Shown: positions 18,267-28,679, counted from the first letter of the stretch. The stretch: 64,000 bases of DNA from Nibribacter koreensis (GCF_039541795.1 NZ_BAABGX010000002.1:7808-71807), one strand, 5' to 3'. Notes: a model not told the origin generated them from the letters alone. Numbers and translations: made by a program.

Positions 18267-20432
18267 ATGAACAAAAAATGTATGGCTTTCCTGCTTTTCT
18301 GGTGGGTGAGCTTTTCCTATGGCTACGCGCAGCAACAGAATGGCAACCTGGTCCAGATCACAGACATGCTCAAGATCAAGCAGATGGGATCGGTAGCTTT
18401 GTCGCCGGATGGCAAGCAGGTGGCCTTTACCGTGACCAGTATTGAGCCAGACGCTGCCCAGAAAAACGAGTTCAAGTACGTGACGCAGCTGTACCTGCAA
18501 CCCACCAATGGCAGTGCACCAGCACGTCAGCTTACCTACGGCACCAGCAATTCTACCCAGCCCACCTGGAGCCCAGACGGTAAGCAACTAGCTTTTGTGC
18601 GCGTGGCAGAAGGTAAGGCTCAGATCTTTTTGCTTTCCTTTGCCGGTGGCGAGCCTGTCCAGTTGACCAAATTCAAATACGGCGCCAGCCAACCGCGCTG
18701 GAGCCCCAACGGACAGCAGATTCTGTTCACCTCGGGCTTTGCGTTAAGGGAGTTGTTGGCAGACTCGCTGTTGAACCCTGGCCGTGATGTGCCAAGATGG
18801 TCGTATGAGAAACCGGGTTTCTTTCAGAACGAGCATTTAAAGCCTACTACCTCCAAAGCCAACCCAGACGGATCGCTGGCCGAGATAAGAACCTACTTGG
18901 ACCAGAACGAAAAGGATAACAAGGCCAAGGTCATCAACCAGTTGTCTTTTCAGGAGGAGTCTACCACGTCCTCATCCATCAACCTGTCGCATGTGTTCAT
19001 CATGGATGCCAAACCTGGGGCCACACCAAAGGATTTGACGCCCGGCTTCGTGTCCAGTTCCAACGCCCAGTTTGTGAACAACGGCCAGCAGGTGGTCTTT
19101 GAAGGCGATGCTTCTGCCGAAGAAAATCCTACCCGGGCACTGGAGAATTCCATCTATATCATTAATGCTAATGGGTCAAATCTAAAGACCCTGGTGTCTA
19201 AAAAAGGCTTCTCTTACAACGGTGTGAGTGTATCCCCGTCTGGTAAGATGTTGGCCTTCCAGTACAGCCCGGTCATGCAAGTGGCCAATCCTGTGCTGGC
19301 AGTGATGCCCGTGAACGGTTCAGCTGCCAACATGACCTCCATAGCCTATGACCGTACCAAGAGCAACCTTACCTGGGACGAGAAAGACCGCACCGTGTAT
19401 TTTGTCTCTCCGTCCAATGGCGGGTTTGTCTTGAACCGTGCCGATGTAAAAAGCAAGAAAGTCGCCCAGCTCACTGACTTTAACAGCGGCGTGAACAGCT
19501 TTGATGTAGAGAAGGGGCAGTTGGTGTTTGTAAAGACCGAAGTTGCCAACCCTAATGAGTTGTATAGCGCTAACACGGATGCCAAAAATACCAAGCGCCT
19601 TACCTCTTTCAACCATGACTGGGTGAAGGACAAGAAACTAAGCCAACCCGAAAAGCACACCTTCACCAACAGCAAAGGCCAGACCGTAGAGTACTGGGTC
19701 ATGAAGCCCACCAACTACGTAGCTGGTCAGAAATATCCGTTGCTGCTGGAGATTCACGGCGGGCCAACGGCTATGTGGGGACCCGGCGAAGGCAGCATGT
19801 GGCACGAGTACCAGTATTTTGCCGCCAAAGGCTACGGCGTAGTCTATGCCAACCCACGCGGTTCTGGGGGTTACGGCGAAGAATTCATGCGCGCCAACAT
19901 CAAGGACTGGGGCGCTGGTCCGGCCAGTGACGTTTTAACGGCGCTGGACAAAACCGTGGCAGAAGGCTGGGCTGATACGTCCAAACTTGCCATCACGGGT
20001 GGCTCATATGGCGGCTACCTGGTGTCCTGGATCTTGGGTCATGACAAACGGTTCAAGGCGGCCTGCTCGCAGCGCGGCGTCTACGACTTGACTACCTTTT
20101 TTGGCGAAGGAAATGCCTGGCGCCTAGTACCCAACTATTTTGGCGGCTACCCTTGGGAGGCCGAGCACAAAGCCATCATCCAGAGTGAATCGCCGTTCAC
20201 CTACGTGCAGAACATCACCACGCCGCTCATCATCTTCCATGGGGAGAATGATCTGCGCACCGGCGTCATCCAAAGTGAAATGCTCTACAAGGCCCTCAAA
20301 ATCCTGAACCGCCCAGTAGAATATGTTCGGCACCCGGGCGCTACCCATGAGATCACGCGCACGGGCAATAACCGCCAGCGCATTGACCAGATGCTAAGAA
20401 CTTATGAGTTCTTTGAACGATACCTTAGATAA
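18267..20432 (+). CDS. S9-family serine peptidase (prolyl oligopeptidase / acylaminoacyl-peptidase type) with N-terminal beta-propeller
   Basis: Signal peptide present. Repeated 'SPDGKQ/WSPNGQQ' TolB-like propeller blades. Nucleophile motif 'ITGGSYGGY' (GxSxGG). A C-terminal 'HPGATHEI' region probably contains the catalytic His. Confidence 0.85.
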   Translation: MNKKCMAFLLFWWVSFSYGYAQQQNGNLVQITDMLKIKQMGSVALSPDGKQVAFTVTSIEPDAAQKNEFKYVTQLYLQPTNGSAPARQLTYGTSNSTQPTWSPDGKQLAFVRVAEGKAQIFLLSFAGGEPVQLTKFKYGASQPRWSPNGQQILFTSGFALRELLADSLLNPGRDVPRWSYEKPGFFQNEHLKPTTSKANPDGSLAEIRTYLDQNEKDNKAKVINQLSFQEESTTSSSINLSHVFIMDAKPGATPKDLTPGFVSSSNAQFVNNGQQVVFEGDASAEENPTRALENSIYIINANGSNLKTLVSKKGFSYNGVSVSPSGKMLAFQYSPVMQVANPVLAVMPVNGSAANMTSIAYDRTKSNLTWDEKDRTVYFVSPSNGGFVLNRADVKSKKVAQLTDFNSGVNSFDVEKGQLVFVKTEVANPNELYSANTDAKNTKRLTSFNHDWVKDKKLSQPEKHTFTNSKGQTVEYWVMKPTNYVAGQKYPLLLEIHGGPTAMWGPGEGSMWHEYQYFAAKGYGVVYANPRGSGGYGEEFMRANIKDWGAGPASDVLTALDKTVAEGWADTSKLAITGGSYGGYLVSWILGHDKRFKAACSQRGVYDLTTFFGEGNAWRLVPNYFGGYPWEAEHKAIIQSESPFTYVQNITTPLIIFHGENDLRTGVIQSEMLYKALKILNRPVEYVRHPGATHEITRTGNNRQRIDQMLRTYEFFERYLR

Positions 20433-20501
20433 TGATTAATGACTAGTGATGAATGATTAATAAGTAGAGTTAGCAAGGCCGTTCCCATGGGAGCGGCTTT
20501 G

Positions 20502-20540
20502 CTGTTTTTGGCCTATATTCTGAAAAACAGGCCAAAAACG
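20502..20540. repeat. 38-bp intergenic palindromic element
   Basis: ctgtttttggcctatattctgaaaaacaggccaaaaacg. Confidence 0.7.
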
Positions 20541-20945
20541 CAAGAGCCCGATCCCTTCTCCCTGAGGGAGAAGGTTAGGATGAGGGGGTTGACGGTAATA
20601 ATGTAGAGACCAGACACGGCCTTGTCTCCCACGCATTGTCTTTATCTGCTTTCTTCTACTCTTAATGCGTTAATCATTCCGGGCCTTCATAGGGGGACGA
20701 TATGCGTGATTTAATTGTAGAGACAAGGCACTGCCTTGTCTCACGCGCATTGCTTTCTGCTGCTGACTTTACCATCCCATCTCCTCCTAAATAAGGAGAG
20801 ATGCTTTTTCATCTTCTGGTGTACCCCCCCTTCGCCCCCCTCAAGGGGAGAATCACCGGCTTGAGGCGTTCTTGGTATAAATACTCTCAGGTTTTCTAGA
20901 CGCTAAGAGGTCTCTTGAGTAATCGCGGTAGTAAAGGAATACATA

Positions 20946-20985
20946 GTGTTTTTGGCTTATTTTCTGGAAAACAGCCTAAAAACGG
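20946..20985. repeat. 38-bp intergenic palindromic element
   Basis: gtgtttttggcttattttctggaaaacagcctaaaaacgg. Confidence 0.7.
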
Positions 20986-21025
20986 CAAGGCCTGAATCTG
21001 GTAGATTCAGGCCTTGCCGTTTTTG
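20985..21025. terminator. Bidirectional hairpin terminator
   Basis: A-run, then ggcaaggcctgaatct-ggtag-attcaggccttgcc, then T-run. It lies immediately 3' of the desaturase gene. Confidence 0.7.
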
Positions 21026-21048
21026 TCGTTAGGTTCAGGTATGGGAGC

Positions 21049-22116
21049 TTATGCAGCTTTGGCCAGGTATCTCAAGTGTGAAATGTGAGAAGCAATGGCC
21101 GTTCTTGTTTTTTCGTACTCAATATACGGAATCTTATACTCTGCGCAAGTCTGTTTGATGATTTTGCTAATCTCAGGGTAATGCACGTGTGAGATTTTTG
21201 GGAACAGATGGTGCTCAATCTGGAAGTTCAACCCGCCCGTCAACCAAGAAACCACTTTGTTTTTAGTGGCAAAATTGGCCGTGGTGCGCAGTTGGTGAAT
21301 GGCCCATTCATCTTCAATTTTGTTGGTTTCAACAGTGGCCACCGGGAAATGCGCGTCTTCTACGGTATGCGCCAACTGGAACACAATGCTCAAGACTAAG
21401 CCGGTAAACATGCCATACACCAAGAAACCTACCAGCCAAGGCAAGAACCCAACCATGTAAATAGGCACCACCACAAACATGATAAAGTGTTGTACTTTGA
21501 ACGCCCAAAACGAGATATGGTCGGCGCGCTTCATTTTCTTTAGTGGAATGTCGCCCACTTTCTGAGTAAAGTACTTCACATAGTCTGTGAAGAAGATCCA
21601 GTAGATGTACAGCATGGCATACGCACCCCAGAAGTAAAAATGCTGGTATTTGTGGATGCCCAAATGCTTTTGATTCTCACAAAGACGCAAGAACGGACGT
21701 GCGTCCAGGTCATCGTCTACGCCGTCAATGTTGGTGTACGTGTGGTGAATGACGTTGTGCTTGGTGGTCCACATGAAAATGTTGGCACCCATCACGTTCA
21801 AGGAAAGCCCGGCCAACTCGTTCAGCCATTTCTTCTTGCTGAAGCTACCATGACCACCGTCATGCATCACGTTAAAACCAATGGCGGCCGTTACGCCGCC
21901 CAGCAACACGCACTCTAATAGCGCCACCCACACGTTTGGGGTGAAGAACACCAGGTGCACGTACAATAAGATTAAGCTGGAGATGAGGATGATCGCTTTG
22001 GTGTAAAGCTTATAGTTACCAGTGGGAGAAGTACCACGATCGGTGAAATACTGGTTAATTCTGTTTTTCAGCTCTGCGTGAAAGCCAGTGGGTTGCAAAA
22101 ATCTTGGCGTAGCCAT
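21049..22116 (-). CDS. Membrane fatty-acid desaturase family protein
   Basis: Three histidine boxes: 'HDGGHGSF', 'HNVIHHTYTN' and 'HHLFPKISHVHY'. Several TM helices. Confidence 0.85.
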   Translation of the reverse strand: MATPRFLQPTGFHAELKNRINQYFTDRGTSPTGNYKLYTKAIILISSLILLYVHLVFFTPNVWVALLECVLLGGVTAAIGFNVMHDGGHGSFSKKKWLNELAGLSLNVMGANIFMWTTKHNVIHHTYTNIDGVDDDLDARPFLRLCENQKHLGIHKYQHFYFWGAYAMLYIYWIFFTDYVKYFTQKVGDIPLKKMKRADHISFWAFKVQHFIMFVVVPIYMVGFLPWLVGFLVYGMFTGLVLSIVFQLAHTVEDAHFPVATVETNKIEDEWAIHQLRTTANFATKNKVVSWLTGGLNFQIEHHLFPKISHVHYPEISKIIKQTCAEYKIPYIEYEKTRTAIASHISHLRYLAKAA

Positions 22117-22267
22117 AAATAATAATTAGGTGATGGGAAGGCTACAGAATGAATAAAGGCCTTCGGCACAAATTTATATCTATAACTGACTTTAAAGGTA
22201 ACGCTTTCTACGCAAGTTTTAATTCAACAGCCATTTGAATGGGGTAACTTTTTAATTTAGAAGCGCA

Positions 22268-22306
22268 CCGTTTTTAGCCTATTTCTCTTAAAACAGGCCA
22301 AAAACG
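22268..22306. repeat. 38-bp intergenic palindromic element
   Basis: ccgtttttagcctatttctcttaaaacaggccaaaaacg. Confidence 0.7.
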
Positions 22307-22449
22307 CCTTTTAATGTCATAGTAGAAATACGGATTATAGAGGCAGTTGGACTTAGCTGAAGCGATGAAATTTTATAAATATTTTTCTTGTAAGTGACTG
22401 GTTCAAGAATAAATACGATTCTTCTTGGCGAGTGCTATACATGCATAAT

Positions 22450-22489
22450 CCGTTTTAGGGCTGTTTTCTGGAAAACGGCCCTAAAACGG
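22450..22489. repeat. 38-bp intergenic palindromic element with compensatory arm changes
   Basis: ccgttttagggctgttttctggaaaacggccctaaaacgg. Both arms carry complementary substitutions (GGG/CCC). Confidence 0.75.
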
Positions 22490-22512
22490 ATCATTGAAAA
22501 AGATTTTAGAGA

Positions 22513-23076
22513 TTACCCTTTCTGCACGTCATCTGCGGTGGGGCCGTACATGCCCGGCACCGGAACGTCCAACAGCCTCAAATATACAGACAGCTGCCCC
22601 CGGTGATGAATGAGGTGGTTCATGGCTACGCTTCTTATTACGTCGGCTTTGGGCCGCGTGAAGATAGTGTGCATTCCATGGCGCAAGGTCCAGGTTTGGG
22701 CAAAGTCATCTGTGCTGGCACTGGTAAGCGCCTGCGTCACGCTGGCCACAACTTGGTCATGGTAGGCCAGCAATTCTTGCGTGGACGAAGGCACAAACGG
22801 AGTATACTTTTGCTGGACAAAGTCCATCTCCTGGGTACGCAACACGGTGGCTACAAACATCTCCGGAATCTCTGCCACGTGTGCCGCTAATTTACCCAAG
22901 GGCATGCTCTTGGTATGCGGTTTCCAATCAAACTTATCTGCCGGAATCCGTTCCAGCATCCGGCGCGTGCTTTTGGCTTCCTGGGTAAATTCTTTGAGTA
23001 GAACCTGGTTTAATTCCATAAGTGCAGAGGTTAGAAATAGGGTAGCTGATAAGTAGTTTTGGTGCGTTTTTAACAA
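22513..23076 (-). CDS. DinB/YfiT-family protein (DinB_2 metal-dependent hydrolase fold)
   Basis: The sequence 'HLIHHRGQLSVYLRLLDVPVPGMYGPTADD' is the DinB-superfamily four-helix-bundle signature. Confidence 0.7.
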   Translation of the reverse strand: MLKTHQNYLSATLFLTSALMELNQVLLKEFTQEAKSTRRMLERIPADKFDWKPHTKSMPLGKLAAHVAEIPEMFVATVLRTQEMDFVQQKYTPFVPSSTQELLAYHDQVVASVTQALTSASTDDFAQTWTLRHGMHTIFTRPKADVIRSVAMNHLIHHRGQLSVYLRLLDVPVPGMYGPTADDVQKG

Positions 23077-23107
23077 AACCCTCTTGAGCTTCCTGTAATA
23101 ATTAAGT

Positions 23108-23521
23108 CTATTTTATTCTTTCATCTAGGTACGCATCATCCCCATTGACGAAGGCTTCTAGAAGTTGTGCTGCCTGTTCTTTGGTCTGGTCAAGTAGTTC
23201 TGTGGTGTATTTCTCATCATGCTTTTTGACCAAGCCAAACAGACTCTTCACTATTTTTGGACGTCTGTAAAAGACATAGAATATGGTTTGTCCCTTGTCA
23301 ATTAATGCAGACAAAAGCATTTCCCTTTTCTGGTCTCTTTGGGATATGTTTAACGTGGGAGAAGAATGGAAATCATCAGTTGCCGCCACTTCCATTTTAT
23401 GAAGCCATTTTTCCCATGGCCATTCCAAGAACGTCTGTTTTAGTTTATAACCTTCTATGTAGCCCAAATCTACCTCTTCAGGTTGGAATGGATCTGAAAA
23501 TGCATGGTGGAAAACGGCCAT
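23108..23521 (-). CDS. Hypothetical protein (137 aa), immediately downstream of the giant AAA+ gene
   Basis: Same strand as the giant AAA+ gene with a 47-bp gap. No recognisable motif. Confidence 0.45.
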   Translation of the reverse strand: MAVFHHAFSDPFQPEEVDLGYIEGYKLKQTFLEWPWEKWLHKMEVAATDDFHSSPTLNISQRDQKREMLLSALIDKGQTIFYVFYRRPKIVKSLFGLVKKHDEKYTTELLDQTKEQAAQLLEAFVNGDDAYLDERIK

Positions 23522-23568
23522 AGTATTTAGATTAAATGACTAGTCTTATAATAAACAAAATTGCTGTT

Positions 23569-26500
23569 TTAATTCTCTCCTATCATCAACTTGCTCTCTG
23601 CTTTCTTTTCTCCCAGCACTTGCTTTATTCCTTCGAGCCCCTCAGAAATGTTCTCCATCTGCGCCAGTACCTGCCCTACCTGGTTGCCCGCTCCGCCAAA
23701 ACCGTTGAGCTTGTTGTTGCGCACAAAGGTGACTTTGATGTCTTCCCAGCGCTGGATTTCCTCTGGTGTGGCAATGTTAATGAGCTGTTTGAACTTGAGC
23801 ATGTTGGCCTCGGCGCCGGTGGTCAAGGTCTGGGACTCTGACTGGTAATGGGACAAGATAAGCGTGTGCAGTTCCTGGTCGTTCATGATGGGCATCACCT
23901 TCTCGGCGAGCTTGTTCATGTTGCGATACGAGCCCTGCATCTTGAACGGCGGCTCAGTGCGGTACTCGTCTGCCTGGGCGGCAGATTTAATGTACTCCAG
24001 GTTCACCTTCAGGATCACGTCCCGTATGGTCAGCAGTTTCTTGAGCACCGACACGTACTCGTTGATTTCTTCGGCGGTGTGGCTGGCTTCCAGTTCCAAG
24101 CCTTCGCCGTTGCCCGTTTCCGCTAGCTTCACCAGTGCATACACGTCTTTCTGGCTCTTGGCAGAGAGTTTAGCCAGCACGGTGTTAGACGTCATGGCAT
24201 TCTCCAGATAGCTTAGCTTGAACACGTCTTCGGTGTCGCCCAGAATGTCACCCAGGTTGTAAATATCGGCGCGGTTGGCCAGCATGTCAGGGATTCTGAA
24301 CTTGTCGCCGGTCTCAGTGTACGGGTTACCAGCCATGACTACGCACACTTTCTTGCCTCTGAAGTCATACGTCTTGCTTCGGCCTTTGTACACGCCCTCA
24401 ATCTTGCGCTGGGCATCACACAGGGAGATGAACTTCTGCAAGAACTCAGGATTACAGTGCTGGATGTCGTCCAGGTAAATCATGACATTGTCGCCCATCT
24501 CAAAGGACAGGTTCAGCTTTTCCAGCTCCTCGCGGGCGGCGGCATTGGGGGCTTCGGTTGGGTCAAGCGCCGTGACCTGGTGCCCGATAGCCGGTCCGTT
24601 GATCTTCATGAAGATGATGCCCAGACGGTTGGCAATGTACTCCATGAGCGTGGTCTTGCCGTATCCCGGAGGCGACAAGAGCAAGAGCATGCCCATGAGG
24701 TCGGTGCGCTTGGTTTCGCCGGCTGTGCCCATCTGCTTGGCCAGGTTGGCGCCAATAAGCGGCAGGTACACCTGGTCAATGAGTTTGTTGCGTACAAACG
24801 AAGACATGACCCGAGGCTTGAACTCCTGCAGGCGCAGTTCCTCTTCAAACGTGACGGTCATCTGGTGCTTGAGCGCATGGAATTCTTTAAACTGGCTCAC
24901 CACCTGCGTCTCATACTGGCCCAACTTCTGCTGGAAGCCATGGAAATGCAACGGGTATTGCTGTTCCTGCAACAACGGGTGACTGCCTTGCATGCCTGCT
25001 AAGGTCTCGCGCAGATTTGCGTGCACCACTTGCTTGGGCTTTAACTCCTGCAAGAGCAACAACACCGCCGCCTCGGGCACATATTCTTCTGCGTCTGCTT
25101 GATTAGTTTGAGTGGCAAAGGCTTTCAGCCAATGTGCCATCAGTTCATATTGCTCTACTTTGTTCTCTTCTAAGGCCCCGGCAGATGCCTCAAACATGGC
25201 CCAGGCCTTTTTCTCTGTGAGGTACTGATGGAAGTTCTGCACCAGCTCGGCGGCCAGTGCACTCGTCACAAACTGGTCACCGCGGGTAAGCTCAAAGAAA
25301 AGATACTCGCCGGCCGCGGTGGCATTGGCTTCTGGTAATAAACCGGTCTCCTGCTGTAAAGCCTGTAGCTCACGTTGTAAATCTGCCTTGATGTTGTCAA
25401 ACTGATGCGTTTCTGGGAACACCTGCAAAATGGCGCCCACGCCTTTGAGCTGATGATGGAACAGTTGTTTTTGGCCTTCTTTCATGAAAACAGCCCAAAA
25501 ACAACGGGCGGCGGCGCGGTCAACGGCTGTGTAGCGGAGCAAGTCTGCGGTTTTAAACAAACGCACCAAGGTACTTAAAATTAGCACCGCGTCATGGTCG
25601 TGCACGCCTTTCAAATACCCTTCATTAAAGCGCACGGACATGAATTTCTGCACGTATTCCGTCAGCTCCTCCGCTTTAAGTTTATGCAGTTCATCCAGGG
25701 TGAATAGACGTAGACTTCCTTCTGCGGCCTCTCCCGTAGCAGACGAATTTTTAGCTAGTTGCGCGGCTTGCAGAATCTGGAAGGCCAAGTATTCGGCACG
25801 ATAGACTTGGTTGTTCTCTGAGATAAGCGACTGCTCCCAAACGGGTCTGTAACTCAGGAAACGCTCATCGGTGATTTTCTCAAAGAAGCTGGTGCCGGTG
25901 AGGTGGTAGTACATGGCGTCCTCGCGGTGCACAATGCTCAGTTCCAGCGGCTGGGTATTCACCGTGAAATGGTGCGTCCCGAACTTGAGCACGTTCTGCC
26001 CGTCCACGAACAGCTCGCTTTTGTCTTTGAGCTGGCGTACGGCGTCTTCGCGTAACGTTTTCAGGCGGCTCTGGATGGCATCTGCCTTCACGGTATCGCC
26101 CATGGCCAAGAGCTCGTCTACGGTGGTGCGCACCTTCTCCAGCATTAAGTCAGACGCGAAGTAGCCGTTAATCTCAGCCACGGTGTCTAGCTTGCTGATG
26201 CGGCTTTGTACGGCTTTGAGAATGCGGTCGGCGGCTTGTTGCAGGGTGGTGGCGCGTTTGTTGCGGGCTTCCTGCAGGGCTACTTTCTTGCTTTCAAACG
26301 CAGAGTAAATCTCTTCGCGCTTGTCTGCAATGATTTCTAAAAAGGCGTCAAACTCAGAGAAGCGCCCTTCCAGCTCCTCCAACTGCACCATGAGCTTGGT
26401 CAGGTACTCTTCGCACTTCTGAGGCGTGTCACAGACGTCCAAAAAGTTGATGACGCTCTGACTGATGAGCTTGATTTGGGCATTAAATTCGGCCTGACCT

Positions 26501-28554
26501 TCAGAGCTCAGCAACTCTTGGCGTTTGCGTTTAAGGGTAGCTTTGGTTTTGTTAAAGGAGGCGTAGATGGTAGAAATGGCGTCTACAATGCGCGTGGTTT
26601 GGGTAGCGTCCTCAATCTTGAGGTTGCTTACAATCTCAATGAGCATTTCCAGCTCACTGCTCACGCCCGCAATCTCTTTCTCGGTGGCATCTGCTTCTAC
26701 CACTTTGGCAATCTTGTCAATGCCCTGCGTGATCTCCCCTACCCGTTTTTCATAGGGCACCAGGGCATCTGGCTTGAGCAAGAAGGCCACCGTCTGGTTG
26801 GCAATCTCCTGACTGAAGCCCTGCAACTGCGCCTCATAGTCTTCAATGCGCGTCAAGTCTGCGTAGCGCAGTTCCTTTAAAGAAATGACCTCGCCGCGCA
26901 CGGCACGCAGATCAGCCAGGGACTTGACAAAGTCATTGATGTGCCCGTTGCTCTGGACCTTCAGCTTGGATATCAAGTCACCAGCCAGGCCCAACACCTG
27001 GTCTACCTGCGCTTGTGTGCTTTTGCGTATGCTGATGACTTTCTCAAACTCCTCCACCGCGGCGGTGGCCGTCTGCCGGATGGCACCTACTGGTTCTGCC
27101 AAACCGAACGTCTCTTTCTGGTTCAGCCAGTGATACGAGTCCAGCAGGTCTGTAGTAATTTTAATGAGGTCCAGGTACAGGTTGTCATAGGAATCCTCTT
27201 TGTTGACCAGCGTCAGAATCTCGGTGCACTCGGCCATGGCCTGCACAATCTCCTTGTTGCCTATCTTATATAGGTAAGAGTCCTTGGTAACTGGTATGCT
27301 GAAGTTAGAGCCAATGTACGGCGTCTGCCAGATCTGGAGCGCATGGTGCTTTTTGGGTTCTTCGTCTGCCCTGAAATAGCATAACTCGCCGTTCTCATAA
27401 ATGGCGTAGCCGTGGCAGATGATGGGGCTTTCAATCTTCTGGGTGATCAGGTTGTAGCTCAACAGCAGGTACACGCCCGAATCCTTGTTGTAGAAGACGT
27501 ACAGGAAATCTTCGCCGTTGGGCGAGGTTATGCGCTTCTCAAACAACATCTCCTGCAAGCCGTTGTCAAAAGACTTGAACTCGCCGGTTTGCAGGTAATA
27601 GCCATACGCGTAAATGATGCCTTGGCTTTCTGGCAAAAACACGCAACAGTCCTGGATGGCGTCAATGCGGCGCGCTTCCTTCAGTTTGGCGTTGTAGACA
27701 ATGTAGCGGTAGGCATTCTCGCGGTACGGCCTGATCTTGAGCAGAATGAGGTTACCGATGATGGAATAATACAGCTCTGAGTCGTCCAGGGTCTGGTCTT
27801 TGTCCTCCACCGGCTCTGAGTAAATGCCCTGGCCCGAGTCAGTGTTGTCCTCTACCTTGATGGTAAGGTCGCCGTTGATGGTTTCTACAAAGACTTTGTC
27901 CTCAATGGAGATGTGCGGGTGCTTGCCTTTGCGCTGGGCCTCGCGGGGTACGCGCTTCCAGGCGAAGTCGTGCTGATTGGGGAACTGGTACTCATGGTCT
28001 GAGCGGTTGTCCAGATAGGTGAGCGTACCGCCCTGAATGGCCCATTTAAAGGTCTTGATGTCATTAACGCCTTTGCCAATCCTGAACACCATGAACAGGT
28101 GCACGCCCATGACGGCAAACTTGACAAACTGCGTGTTCTTGTAGTATTTGTACAGCTTCTGGAATTCGTCCTGAAAGGCGGCGTTCTGGATGAGGTCCAG
28201 TGGCTGGTGATGGAACTGGTGCCCTTCATAAGAATAGACACTGAACACGTCGCTCAGCTCTATTTCTGTTTTTAAGCCCAGGTGCACGTTGTAGCCAAAC
28301 AGCAGGAAATTTCCCACCGGCACCATGTCATAGGGCACGCAGTTGTGCTCCGTAGTGACACGCTCGGTGGCCAGCAACTTGGTCTCAATCGCTCCGAAGA
28401 CCTCTTTCCGTTCCTGGTTTAGCTGGTCCAGCAGACCGCGCAACTCCCCGCCACTTTTGGCCAGACGGTTACGCAGAATCTCATAGGTGCCGCCTTCTAG
28501 TTGAACTGGATTGGTTGTGGAAGAGGTATTATTTTCAGAAGTAATAGTGCTCAT
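23569..28554 (-). CDS. Giant multidomain protein (1661 aa) with a C-terminal AAA+ ATPase module of the MoxR/McrB/dynein (AAA_5) type, an N-terminal beta-rich domain and a long central helical region
   Basis: Uninterrupted 4986-nt ORF. Walker A 'LLLLSPPGYGKTT' lies near residue 1235. Walker B 'VMIYLDDIQHCNPE'. Sensor 1 'VVMAGNPYTE'. An Arg-finger-like motif 'RIPDMLANRADIY'. The N-terminal roughly 450 aa are beta-strand rich; the central roughly 700 aa are helical or coiled-coil. Confidence 0.8.
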   Translation of the reverse strand: MSTITSENNTSSTTNPVQLEGGTYEILRNRLAKSGGELRGLLDQLNQERKEVFGAIETKLLATERVTTEHNCVPYDMVPVGNFLLFGYNVHLGLKTEIELSDVFSVYSYEGHQFHHQPLDLIQNAAFQDEFQKLYKYYKNTQFVKFAVMGVHLFMVFRIGKGVNDIKTFKWAIQGGTLTYLDNRSDHEYQFPNQHDFAWKRVPREAQRKGKHPHISIEDKVFVETINGDLTIKVEDNTDSGQGIYSEPVEDKDQTLDDSELYYSIIGNLILLKIRPYRENAYRYIVYNAKLKEARRIDAIQDCCVFLPESQGIIYAYGYYLQTGEFKSFDNGLQEMLFEKRITSPNGEDFLYVFYNKDSGVYLLLSYNLITQKIESPIICHGYAIYENGELCYFRADEEPKKHHALQIWQTPYIGSNFSIPVTKDSYLYKIGNKEIVQAMAECTEILTLVNKEDSYDNLYLDLIKITTDLLDSYHWLNQKETFGLAEPVGAIRQTATAAVEEFEKVISIRKSTQAQVDQVLGLAGDLISKLKVQSNGHINDFVKSLADLRAVRGEVISLKELRYADLTRIEDYEAQLQGFSQEIANQTVAFLLKPDALVPYEKRVGEITQGIDKIAKVVEADATEKEIAGVSSELEMLIEIVSNLKIEDATQTTRIVDAISTIYASFNKTKATLKRKRQELLSSEGQAEFNAQIKLISQSVINFLDVCDTPQKCEEYLTKLMVQLEELEGRFSEFDAFLEIIADKREEIYSAFESKKVALQEARNKRATTLQQAADRILKAVQSRISKLDTVAEINGYFASDLMLEKVRTTVDELLAMGDTVKADAIQSRLKTLREDAVRQLKDKSELFVDGQNVLKFGTHHFTVNTQPLELSIVHREDAMYYHLTGTSFFEKITDERFLSYRPVWEQSLISENNQVYRAEYLAFQILQAAQLAKNSSATGEAAEGSLRLFTLDELHKLKAEELTEYVQKFMSVRFNEGYLKGVHDHDAVLILSTLVRLFKTADLLRYTAVDRAAARCFWAVFMKEGQKQLFHHQLKGVGAILQVFPETHQFDNIKADLQRELQALQQETGLLPEANATAAGEYLFFELTRGDQFVTSALAAELVQNFHQYLTEKKAWAMFEASAGALEENKVEQYELMAHWLKAFATQTNQADAEEYVPEAAVLLLLQELKPKQVVHANLRETLAGMQGSHPLLQEQQYPLHFHGFQQKLGQYETQVVSQFKEFHALKHQMTVTFEEELRLQEFKPRVMSSFVRNKLIDQVYLPLIGANLAKQMGTAGETKRTDLMGMLLLLSPPGYGKTTLMEYIANRLGIIFMKINGPAIGHQVTALDPTEAPNAAAREELEKLNLSFEMGDNVMIYLDDIQHCNPEFLQKFISLCDAQRKIEGVYKGRSKTYDFRGKKVCVVMAGNPYTETGDKFRIPDMLANRADIYNLGDILGDTEDVFKLSYLENAMTSNTVLAKLSAKSQKDVYALVKLAETGNGEGLELEASHTAEEINEYVSVLKKLLTIRDVILKVNLEYIKSAAQADEYRTEPPFKMQGSYRNMNKLAEKVMPIMNDQELHTLILSHYQSESQTLTTGAEANMLKFKQLINIATPEEIQRWEDIKVTFVRNNKLNGFGGAGNQVGQVLAQMENISEGLEGIKQVLGEKKAESKLMIGEN

Positions 28555-28640
28555 GGTGGTAAAGGTTGTACCTCACCCCCAGTCCTCTCTTAGATGAGAG
28601 TATACTAATTTATTTGGGTGAAGTAGAATTTGGTACAAGT

Positions 28641-28679
28641 CCGTTTTTGGCTTGTTTCTGAGAAATCAGGCTAAAAACG
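28641..28679. repeat. 38-bp intergenic palindromic element
   Basis: ccgtttttggcttgtttctgagaaatcaggctaaaaacg. Confidence 0.7.

Noticed and set aside
24457-25002. 181-aa and other plus-strand ORFs (23536-28241) inside the giant AAA+ gene
   Set aside because: All are antisense to a 4986-nt uninterrupted ORF with strong ATPase motifs and are arginine or histidine-rich shadow frames.
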